Below, piece by piece: positions 11,933-22,513 of a DNA stretch of 52,826 nucleotides. The stretch's first letter is position 1; every line of letters begins with the position of its first letter. Both the position numbers and the translations under genes were made by a program. Origin of the DNA: Lenisia limosa (Eukaryota; Protista; Breviatea); assembly GCA_001655205.1 (NCBI GenBank), contig LPNZ01008798.1, positions 1 through 52,826 on the forward strand, in the 5' to 3' direction. The notes under the pieces are model-generated. The model did not search any database. It had not been told where the DNA came from and saw only the letters and a program-made list of their open reading frames with translations.

Positions 11933-12625
11933 CTGTCACAAAGAACATGGGGTAGTAAAATATATATGGGGGAGAGGTTGTCTTTTACGATCTGCAGATC
12001 TTTTGCAGAATTCAGGAATTTGGCATTATGGGATGGGGCCCAGGACGTTGACTTTTCCGCCCTTCCCAAATCCCACAAAATTCCAATTGTCCAACCGTCT
12101 CCATAGAAAATCCCATGGTTCAATTTTTCACTCTGAACCACCTGAGGTGGCGAAGCCGAGGAGTTTGTTCAGAGTGCAATTTTTTCAAATTACAAACAAA
12201 AATGATTTCCTTTAAAAAACGGTTCAATGGACACTCCCTCAGTCTGTTAGTGACCATTTGCTTTGGTGGGGAACATTTCGTTGTCTTTGTCTTTCCGCAA
12301 ATATTATCCAAGTCCTTCAGACAGATAGGGACGTGACCCATGATGGGACGTGGAGGCTCACGTTCCAAAATCCCAAATCCCATTTCTTGCCAAATTTTCT
12401 AATGCTGGCCCCACTGGCACTGGCCCGGGGGCCGAACCAGATATTTTTTTCAGAGATCTCACAGATCAAGCAAGCCACATGGAAACATCAAAAAAAACTC
12501 AGCGGCCCCCACGCACCACAAGGCCCTTGCCTTGACCAAAATAGGACACAATTCATAGGACCGAGATAGGACATTGATAGGACAGTAGTGTACTGGTAGA
12601 CACAGGAGGAACCGTAGTAGAATAA

Positions 12626-13670
12626 ATGCAAAACTTTAGGCGAGGTTAGTCACCTAGGGGTTTTGTACTTTTGTTACCCTTATAGTTCTCCTCCTCCTAG
12701 CACTCCTCTTCGCACCTCTCACTGTTTTTGGTGAGTTTTTTTTTATCTTTTTGTCAGCTTATTGTCTCTGGGGTAAAGGGCGTATCATGTTGTCTGGGTG
12801 CAAAAGTTTGCTGTTGGTTGCTGGTTTATTTACAGCTTCTGATCAGTGCAGGATGCACCAACAAATGCCAGCGCAGCGAAACACCGTCGGCTGACTGTTC
12901 AGTCTGTACATGTCCACTGGGGTGAAGGGAAACGTCTATCAGAGTATGCTGGGCAGATTACTAAGAGAACTTGCAGTACTTGCCTTAGAGTATTTGGTTT
13001 AGTATTATGATTATATATCATTCAACATCCTTTATAATGGCTGGTCATTCGATTAGTTCTCAACCTACATATTGACATTACCCCTTTAGCTTGGGTTGGA
13101 GCACCACTTAAGCAGCTTCTTCACGAAATTGATCAGTTTGCGAAAAGCTCAAAGTTACAAGCTGATACTCTCTATACCACCAATACCTCCCCTGTCGGAT
13201 TAGGGTATGTCCTGGGGTACATCACCGCATCACTGCTCTTTTATGAAATAGTTACGATGCAGGTCGACATGTCTTACGCCTCCCTGTTGCTGATGCCACG
13301 CATGCCACACACACGGCTGCTTCCCGGTACAGTTTACAACGACATGACGCACTATACATCGGCTTGGCGGCAAATGGAAAGGCTAAGGCTGGACAGCTGG
13401 CCTCCGACGTGGGTAGTCAAAATAAACAATTTTGTTTGAAGCTGTTTGAGATTTTAGATTTTTTAGATTTTTTTATGTCCTTCGGAGTATTTCAAACCCG
13501 GCTGTTTTTTGTAGGTATACTGTTTTTCACTTTTATATGCAGCCACATAGGGTTTTAAAATCAATCAATATCACTTATCCATTCCACTATTCCGAAACAT
13601 ATTGTAAAAGGTGTCTTGAACGGGCAACTCACGCGTTACGGTCGACTGTGTTCTCAACCCGGCCTATAGA
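12626..13670 (+). CDS. Predicted secreted/surface protein with signal peptide and Cys-rich N-terminus; 3' end approximate
   Basis: Splicing gives MQNFRR|VLLLLALLFAPLTVF|AYCLW|GCTNKCQRSETPSADCSVCTCPLG; later exons AWVGAPLKQLLHEIDQ...VGLG|YDAGRHVLRLP...ASDV. Not every junction could be resolved. Confidence 0.5.
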
Positions 13671-13723
13671 CTAGGGGATCTCTCCTCCTGAGACCTAGTC
13701 CTGCTATTGAGCCATAATCTGTC

Positions 13724-14052
13724 TTCTCCTTTGAGGACGTTATCAATATTTACGATAATATTATTCAATTCTAACTCTTTGGCACCTCCTGAATCTGTGG
13801 CATAAGACGGATTTAGGAGGCCTACCTGGGTTATTATGCAGGGGCTATTGTCCTTATTCATGAATCTAATCCTTGTATGCTGGGGAGGCACGCAGAGCTG
13901 TGTGTAAGGCAAATGATTGGGTGAATTACTATTATACTACAATCCAATATCTCTTAAAAGCGTGATGGTGTGGACGGCTTCGGTCAGATACAGCCTTATT
14001 GTTTATTGCGCATTGCTATATTTCATATACTTGCAGCCCCATATAGGCATAC
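13724..14052 (+). mobile_element. Dispersed repeat family B (MITE-like), longest copy; the GTATGC...GCATAC core is 13875-14052
   Basis: 13875-14030 aligns with 42636-42790. 13724-13840 and 13920-14005 align with the reverse complement of 47270-47467. Confidence 0.75.
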
Positions 14053-14201
14053 TATTCATCACCTTTTTATCCACTCCCTACTACTGCTTATCCAACTCAC
14101 TATTCCATACACGTAGATCCCACTCGCTTGTCTTTTATATTGTTTTATTAATCAGTGTTGCTCAGCTGTTGTCAGCAAGCGACTAACCAAATGATAGGGC
14201 C

Positions 14202-16730
14202 ATGACCTTCTCTCCCTCTATCGCCGCAGTTTCGTTGGCAGGTCCATCTATGGCATTTATGAGGTAAGCTGCTATTGTATTTGAGAAAGAAAATCAGAAT
14301 CTGAGTTCTCAGCACGAATTTGGTGGATTTGAAATAGGGAGGGTTAATTTTCAAATAGTGCTTTTCGAATTATATTGAAAGCCGTTCTCACTATCACTTT
14401 AGCGTTTTATCGGCACATCCACTAGGCATTTGCCTTTCAATGGTGCAACTCCCAACTTCAAACCTGGTGGGTACAATGTGGCTCTGCATCATCATTAAGA
14501 CTATTAGTAGAATTCAAATAGTAATATCTTGGATTTAAGTTAGCATTTGCAGTTTGGGTTTTTCCTCATTGACTAGAGGTACATCTTGCCATGACGTTAG
14601 CTCGCCTGCCTCTTGATATTTCGGTAGGTGTTTTACAAAATAATTGCATGGGAATACTTATTCTTGAAGAATAGTTGTCGAAGAATATTTGATATTATTT
14701 TAGACTTTTAAATTGTGTATTTTATATTATTATTTTTGGAACGTCATTTTTTACTCTGGATTTGATCATATTTTTCATTTTTTGTCACATTTTTTTTTAC
14801 AAAACTTCATTTTTAAAGTAAAGTTCAGCTAACTCAAGATCTTTTCGGGACAAAGGGGATAGNNNNNNNNNNNNNNNNNNNNNNNNNNNNNNNNNNNNNN
14901 NNNNNNNNNNNNNNNNNNNNNNNNNNNNNNNNNNNNNNNNNTATGAACTATAATATAAACAGCAAACGGATAACCTTTGATTGTTGAAGATCACGTTCTG
15001 ATAAACCGGCTAAAGCATCATCCCTATACTCTCCGTCACCTTTCCCCTTTTGGAGTGCCAGGACTTTCTTTTGCAAGACGATTTTGGGCCAATATTATTA
15101 AATCACTGTAAAAAAATGACGTTTCGCATCATTCCCCTCGTGTATATGATTGCTCATATCTACTCGTCGCAGCCCTCGTGGATATGGCATAAACTTATTT
15201 ATTTATATAAATATTGTCATCATTTCAATTAACTGCAATTAACTGCCTCTAAAATATAATAGTTGCTAAGGAGCAATTAATCGCAATTTGCCCTAATTTT
15301 GATGACCATTTAAGAATGCCGCAAATAAGCTGCTTTACCACAAGGTTTTCGACTATTGGGGGACTTCATTCTTGGTGAGGCGCCTAGTATCCACTCGCAC
15401 AAGTGACGAAGGTATCACTGATTTTGGCCAAAAATGTTGTTCTTGGTTGTTTGCCTCAGAAACTGGTACAGTGGCGCTGCTCTCAATGACCAGGTGCGTA
15501 GCTACCCCAACCTCAGATATGGTAAAACGAATTGCAGTAAAAATGAGGGGGGTTTATTGTAATTATTTAGATGACCAAAACACTGAAGAGAATGGCGAAG
15601 CTTCCTGGAGGAACCCCTGATTCCACGTTAGTCCCTCTGTTGCTTTTTTTTTTCTCACACGTTCTTCTTGCTGTTTTTTTTTTGCTCTTTGATCGACTTG
15701 TTTCTCAATCACCAAAACAGATTTCAGGCTCATTCCATGAACACAAAGTTCAGCTTCACAGGAGGTGACCCTGCCAAGGCTTCTCTGGCACACCTCGCTG
15801 AATGGCAAAGCACATGAACCCTGTACCTGTATGCCATCTCAACCTTTTACTTTTAATGTTTTAAGCAAATTTCACTTCTATCTTATTGCTTACTCTTGAT
15901 TTCATGGGAGTACATTGGAATGGACAAAATTATTGCCGTCACGAAAAACACTCTTCATTTTCCTGACAGAGTCAAGGTCTGTTGGATCAAAAAATCAATT
16001 TATCGATTTTTCTTTCAAGGCGAAGTGGAGTACTTCGTTTTCCTGCTAATTCCTTCAGCTTGCCTCCAACTTGCACACAATGGCCCAGATTTACGACAAA
16101 GAATCTCGAGCTGTTGTAACAAAGAAAGTAAACGAGGTTCTTCAGGCTGAGAAGGTGAGGCACTCCCATCCAAGAGTTAATAATACTGCCCCCACCCCGC
16201 TTAACCTGTTTCTTTTTTTTGAGCCCTAATTTGGTTTAGAGCAACTTTTTGGGAGATTTGTATATTACAGGAGGAGCTTCGGTTTCGAAGACGTTTGGAA
16301 CCTCAATGAAAACTATGAGTGTATGATCATTTTGTGCTAAGCAAAACCTCTTGTCGAACTTTTTGTTCCTCTGGGTGACTTTGTAGGTTCCATTGTCACA
16401 AAACATGGAAGCCAGACAAACCGCTCAAATCATCTGTGTCTCAGTTCATGGTGTATAATTCTTTCTACTGCAACATTCCCATCTGCCACTCTCCACTTTG
16501 CAGGTGCTAAGCAAAAGGCTTCTCCTGCTGGTTTCTGGGAAGAATTGTTCAGTTTTTTTTCTTATTTTCTCTCATTTTCTCATCGTTTTAGTGACTTCAG
16601 GCTGCACAAGCCTCACCGAAAATGTGGCAGTGAGATCAAACGTTGGTGTTGTTTTATGAATGATAGTGTTCACTTCACAGGACGGGCTTGTCAACAGTGT
16701 TCATGTCCACATCACCTGCTGCTTTGACAA
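14202..16730 (+). CDS. Multi-exon gene(s) of unknown function (approximate; may be joined to the 12.6-kb gene)
   Basis: Series of GT/AG-bounded open segments (MTFSPSIAAVSLAGPSMAFM|, EVHLAMTLARLPLDIS|, MTKTLKRMAKLPGGTPDS|, LASNLHTMAQIYDKESRAVVTKKVNEVLQAEK|). No family recognised and no complete model built. Confidence 0.4.
15061..15188 (+). repeat. Dispersed repeat family A, copy 2
   Basis: Matches the reverse complement of 3964-4044 with a ~25-bp insertion and ends in an imperfect hairpin (tgctcatatctactcg...cgtggatatggca). Confidence 0.75.
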
Positions 16731-16906
16731 GAAGGCTGTCAGGAAGGGAAACAACATGATGTTTAGCAACATGTGTTACTAATCGGGAAATTGAAGTTCT
16801 TGGTTAATGTATGAGTTGTGTTCAGAATATCAAGAAGGGAATAAAAAAAGACTCTATGCCTATTAAAAATATATTCATACAACACAATAAAATACAACAC
16901 AAAGAT

Positions 16907-18339
16907 CTAATAAGTATACACACCATACACTGTAGCACAGCAAAAGATTGAGTCCTCAATTGTAAGAAGAGCGAAAAACAATGTGAGGAACAAAGTGCCA
17001 AAGCTTACATTTACGAATGTTTCGGAAACGTAACTGTCAGTATCAGTGTCCCAAAGCTGCCTAGTTGCAGAGCTAGAATGAAATTAGATATCATACCAAA
17101 GCAAAGGTTCTCCAATACGGGTCCTGGACAATTATAGATTATCGATATCGATATACGATTGTAAAAAATCTATTATGAGTACTTTGAATGTGGTACATTG
17201 ATGAAGACAAGAAAACCCATAAACAATAATCGGTCTTTGGAGAAATAACGCTATCCACAATGGTAGATGATACACTATTTATAAAAGTAGCTATATCATA
17301 TTATACAAGACAACTATCAAAGCTGAAACGAGGTTTTTTTTAATCTTAATCTAGAGTATTGCTTGAAGCAAAATATCGACTACTTAAGTGTCAAACGGAA
17401 TATTTTCTGCCGTTTCCAAGTTGTACTCGTTGATTATGTAATATTGCCTTCTATTTTAGAGCATTGCCTTTCTAAAAACAAAATCCCTCTTCGATAGTGT
17501 TCGTAAAAACCCAACTACCGATCGGAAGATATTCAATACAAGCATCAAACTTTGTGGTATTTTCTTTCCAAGGATATTTTAAACGGATTCAATACTTATG
17601 AAAATAGCTTACAATTTCGCCATGTCTTTTCTTCACCCCAGCATACTGTGACCCTTGCCCCCTTTGCTCGGTGATGACCACTTGGACTGCAAACTTGTAC
17701 CGATCGAAACGGAACTCTGAAGGAGTGACGATTGGTGTTGCAACCTGGAAAACAAAAACATATGTTGGAATAACGAACATGATATATACTGAAATTAAAG
17801 TTTTTAAAGAACACCTTTGATTTTTTGTTTGAGCTCATCTGCGATTTCTCTGGTCCACTGTGAAGTATCATCAGCATTGTATTGCCTGAAATGGTGAGGA
17901 AGTTCCTACCCAGCTCAAAATTTAAAAGATCAAAAAGAGTTCAAAGAACCAATGGTATAAAGAGAGCCTTCAACAATTCCACCAAGTGGACTCACATTCC
18001 AGTTAGCTTCTCAGACAGGATGGTTCGTATCGTGTCCTTAACAAGAGCAGGGCGGAACCTGAATACATTATTGTCTTTATGTTCTGCATTTACAACAAAA
18101 AACACCATATATTCAAGAGTGATATGAAAATTGATATTACATATATGGCAGGATGATTCTAAGGGAGAAAGAGTATCAAGTGTGGGAAACCCAAAGCCGC
18201 TCCAGCTTCGGTAAACACTCCTTATATTCAATATAGTTGCCTTGAAAACCAACTTCTTATCAAAGCGAGGGCGAATCTGATAAGTGTTTTCGGCAGCTGC
18301 GGGGGCTGCACCTTCTCCTATCCCCATTACATCCGTCAT
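16907..18339 (-). CDS. DYNLT2B: Tctex1-domain dynein light chain, TCTEX1D2 type (IFT dynein-2 associated)
   Basis: ENTYQIRPRFDKK|FRPALVKDTIRTILSEKLTG|..QYNADDTSQWTREIADELKQKIK|EFRFDRYKFAVQVVITEQRGQGSH|SATRQLWDTDTDSYVSETFVN|DSIFCCATVYGVYTY*; matches TCTEX1D2 motifs from end to end. Confidence 0.9.
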
Positions 18340-18560
18340 TTCACAGGTTCACACAGGCGGCAACCAGGGGGCAGCAGCAAAAAATCGAGGGGCAGACTGG
18401 TGAATCAAAAAATGTAACGTACGTGGGTTTTTACTAATTAAAGCTGAATTAAAGTAAGTTTAATTATAAATATTTAATGATTAATCGTTGCCTGATCGGT
18501 GCAGGCCCATATAGGTTTTGTCTGTGACGGGCCGGGGAGGTTTTGCTGAATCAGAGCCTG

Positions 18561-18626
18561 TACCCTCCAGGGGCTCCGAGCGACGCTTTCGGAGCAACTC
18601 AAGGGGAGATTTTGGGGGGTCCAGAG
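18561..18626. promoter_or_regulatory. GC-rich bipartite element in the TCTEX1D2/TEX9 intergenic region, shared with 50919-50972
   Basis: Identical 24-mer taccctccaggggctccgagcgac followed by identical tggggggtccagag in both places; spacers differ. A regulatory role is inference. Confidence 0.5.
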
Positions 18627-18823
18627 CTTTACAGGATCTTATTACCTCTGGTCAACGATTATTAATTATTAACATTTTTAGAAATATTAGTAAAACCTTA
18701 TTAGGGCGCCAAGGCGAAAATTCGCCCATCTCAACCCTGTCTCAAACCTGCTCAAACAAACGCCTCAAAACACAACCACCACACCTTAATCGACTCAACA
18801 ACATTGACTGTTAGACCGTTATT

Positions 18824-20661
18824 ATGGGAGAACTTGTCAACCCATGGGACGTTGACGACCATTCTGCCTCTGTTGATTTCAATGTTGAAGGATGGACAGA
18901 CCGAGGTTTGCAAATTCATTTTGGACACTGATCAACAAGGTGCGTCGCATTCCATCTTGCAAAGAGAACATGAGATTATGTGGGTATCTGTTTTGTATGA
19001 CATTGGCAGGGAACGAAACAATATCATTAAAAAGAGAGAGTATGAAGTTATGAATCGTGTACATTCTGCCATGGTTAGTTTTCCTTTGGGAGATGTTTGA
19101 TTCCTTAGGAAACTGTTTCATTCGACAATTTTGACGATGACAAGTGAGTTTTTCTGCCTCCATAACCTTCTAGCTATGGTGATGACCTTGATGAAAGTAC
19201 AGGAGCATCACATCAGTATTCCAAACAGCCATCACAGTACTCATTACAGCCAACACAATCTCGCCACCATGAAGCTCCACGTTCCTCATCTTGTAATAAC
19301 AGGCCCAGAAAAACCAAGTCACCTAAACGAAGGCCCTCGTCAAAGACCCAGAACAATGAAGACGCTTTAGATGACGAGGCCCTTCAGCACCTTAAGGGAC
19401 CAGGTATTTTCAGTCCTTTTTTGTTTCACATCACCAGAGGCGACCATTCGCTACTTGAGGGCTCAACTGACTGTTGCCCGTAGAGAGTCACAACATTCAC
19501 AGAACTTAGCAAGAAAAAAAATTCGGGAAGTGGAAGAGGCAGAAGAAGCTCTCAAATCATTAACTATGTTTGTGGATACTCTTTTTTTGATGATATCACT
19601 GTCTATAATAACAAGGAAAAGGGCTCATCCGATACTTATCTTTTTTTGGGGAAAGGATCGACTCTAATAGTGAAAATCTTAAATTTTGTCATAAATGTAC
19701 AATTGAAGGTTAATTGGTAGAAATACTGAACTGTTCACTAGGTTTATTTTGTTGCATTTTTTAAAGGTATGTTAATATGATACAATGATGCATTTTAAAA
19801 TTGCAATACATTGCCACTATTTCACACAGTTCCTACAGCCCGCCAAAATTTTCCCGGACTCACTGATTCATCAACTAAAAACAATATTTTGGAGTCAGTG
19901 GCATATCCATTCTCATTTCTACGTAATACATTATATATTTTTTGATTACCTCAATCGATAATCTTGCTAGAAAGCACTCAGAGATGGAGAAGGTGCTATT
20001 TGCAAGCCAGGTAAGGTTCCTTGATTATTATCCAAAAAGAACGAAGTACAGTCGTTACGGGTTTACCAAAAACGACAGGACAACTCATTGGAATCAAGAA
20101 GCAGAGAAGTATGTTGCCCCTTACCTATTTTAAGAAAACTTAAGACATTTATGTCTAAGATATGATTAGCTACTTAGGCGCACTTTTCTCACAGTCTCAG
20201 CTTCGGCAAATGCAACAAGAACTTGAAGCTGTCAAGAAGGTACAAAGAAGGGCTCATGGAGATGACTCATCACGAACTCAAAGGTTTTGTTACAAATCAT
20301 GTTTTTATCTTTTAGGTTAAATAGGGCCCTTGGGGATGTGGCAAAGTACAAAAGGATGGTTGAAGATGCCAAAAATGAAAGTTTGTTTTCTTCTCTTTGA
20401 CAGTTTTAGAAAAACACCACAATGAGTCACAAAGAGCTGATGTTGAAAAGTTGGATAATGAAGTTAAAGTTGGTCTCAATTTATCTATTGCTAATGGTGT
20501 AGATTCTTCGAAAGCAAAAGAACACTCTTGTCACGGCTTTCAGAAAACAGAGTACATTGGTTGAAATCCTGAGACGACAAAAAACACATTTAGAAGCTGC
20601 AAAAATGCTTGATTTCACAGAGGCTGAGTTTCAAAGAGTCCTTTCTCTTGGGGAAAAGTAG
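18824..20661 (+). CDS. TEX9: Testis-expressed protein 9 homologue (cilium/centriole-associated coiled coil)
   Basis: PEATIRYLRAQL, LNRALGDVAKYK and the C-terminal LVTAFRKQSTLVEILRRQKTHLEAAKMLDFTEAEFQRVLSLG* match the TEX9 signature. Confidence 0.9.
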
Positions 20662-20667
20662 TGTTTC

Positions 20668-22186
20668 TTATTGGATAGGGTCTTCAATGTGTAGCTGTAA
20701 TAAAGACTTTTGCCAAATGTCCTGTGCATATTCCTGGATAGTCACTTCTTAAGCAACCTAACCTTTTCGGTTTGGGACAGCCTTTCGCTGAGGGAAGTGT
20801 CACTGAATGGCTGAGTCACGTAAGCTCCACAGAGATTGCGTGCGTGGGGCTCTTGACTTGCAACGCAATATAATGGGGCTGTCGAGCCCTCCTTTGGCGT
20901 TTTGGCGATAATAAGATAGAGTAGTTGACGCAATGACTTGGCAAATTTATACACAATGGAAGGAAATTGTCTGTACAGCCGACTGAAGACGATCCCTCAA
21001 GAGTAAGGAAGGTAATAGCTCCCCTACCAGGGTGGACGACATTGACAGACATTTGGTCTAAAAAATGAAATTGGCACCTGGCTCACTTCCACGATGAAGT
21101 TGGAGTCTCCGTGACGCCTCATAAGTGAAAAGCAACTGAAGATATTTTGAATAGCTGTATTGTCAATTGTCAGCTGTTGCTCACCTATAATTGTAGCACC
21201 TAGGCGATACGTATGACAAAAGAAACCCTTTAAAACCTGCTCCTTTTGGGTTAATAGTATCAAAAAAAACATAAAAAGGACAATGGTAGTGTTTTTTTTA
21301 TATACTATTATGTGAAGAAAAAGTCACATTGCACTTAGTAAAGTTGAACCATCACTAGTCACTCATACCGAATCGAGCCATACAGGAAGAAACTGAGACA
21401 ATTCTTGCCTACTAATAAAATATACCATCGACTCATACCTTTGGAGAAAGCGAAGGGAATAAAGAGCAAAACATTTGAAAGTGCGCAAGGTAATTGACAG
21501 CAACTTGCCCTTCCACTCGAAGACTACTCATTAATGAAGGAGGAGTGAACATAATGCCTGCATTTAGAACCTTAAAAATTAAACTTTCAAAACAATAATA
21601 CCATATAATCAATAGTGAGTTCTTGCTTTCTTATTTTGATACATGCTGCTTCAACTTCATCATTTCTTAAAAAGTTGCTCTAATTGTTATTTCCATAAGT
21701 TCTCACCACATATTCTGTAACAGATCCTGATCCTTCTTTCCTCAATGCTTCCACTTCATCACAAAGCTGTGTTTTATTGACTCAATGTCATTATAAAATA
21801 CCCCACTTATGATTAAGTTGCAATTCTTGCTTGCCAATGAAAGAGCAACTTCATACCCAATACCACCAAATGACACACCTAAAATATAAAAATCCAAAAC
21901 GAGCAGACCTGTTACGAGGGCAGTTTTATCTGAGAGGTCTTTGTCACCTAGACAAGGCCTAAGACTTGACACCCAGCTTTTCTGAAACATCAGAGAAATA
22001 TCTCATTGTTGTTTCCTTTTGTAGAAATGGGTACTTAAGATGACATCAGGTCAAAGCAGTCCACACATTGATTCCTTCATCCAATAATTTGCCTTAATCT
22101 CCCAGGATTCTGAGTAACGAGTAACCTACCCTATAAATGAGAAAGAGCAAAAGGGAAACGATGAGCTGCAATAAGACCAAGTACAT
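20668..22186 (-). CDS. Short-chain dehydrogenase/reductase, retinol-dehydrogenase-like, with N-terminal hydrophobic anchor
   Basis: MYLVLLQLIVSLLLFLIYR; DLSDKTALVTG|VSFGGIGYEVALSLA (Rossmann TGxxxGIG variant); NAGIM; NVVHPG; KTPKEGSTAPLYCV; final exon EYAQDIWQKSL...IQ* after a 29-nt intron. Confidence 0.85.
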
Positions 22187-22513
22187 GGTTGGGCGGTTGG
22201 GGAGGAGTTATTTGCTGTTAAAAAAAAGCTCAATTAATCAATCTGTAATCAATTAATTTGCACTTAGTGTTGATGATAATAAGGGTTGTTGATAGGAAGC
22301 AAGGAAGCAATTGGCGCAAATGGCAGTGGGAATTATCGTAGATCAAGATCAATCTTGTTTTTTTTTGGTTTTTTGTTTGAAGGAGCTGCAGGTGGTAAAG
22401 ATCTAAAGAAGTTATTTTAATAATAGAATAAATAAAAACATATAGATTAGATCTTAAGTTATTACATTCTCTCTTTGTAATCTTTGTTCTTGGAGGCTGA
22501 TTCAAGACACTAG

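Noticed and set aside
11940-12530. Overlapping short ORFs in repeat-like intergenic DNA
   Set aside because: No coherent protein motif, TIR or second copy seen in this window.
12920-12930. In-frame TGA after CTCPLG, and another near 4462, suggesting stop-codon reassignment
   Set aside because: ABCF2, SLC25A1, TEX9 and TCTEX1D2 read cleanly in the standard code with TGG for Trp, and TGA terminates the CH and acidic genes; unresolved splicing is the simpler explanation.
12626-13420. Faint resemblance to GPI transamidase PIG-S
   Set aside because: Only scattered similarity; the signal peptide plus Cys-rich N-terminus does not fit PIG-S.
13800-14194. Apparent TM exon pair (…LFMNLIL|IPLACLLYCF…) that would put the 13875 repeat at a third splice donor
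   Set aside because: The upstream 'exon' is itself part of the repeat shared with 47.4 kb, so its coding status is unsupported.
18340-18823. RFX X-box in the ciliary gene promoter
   Set aside because: Only isolated half-sites (GGCAAC, GTTGCC, AGCAAC); no correctly spaced full X-box.
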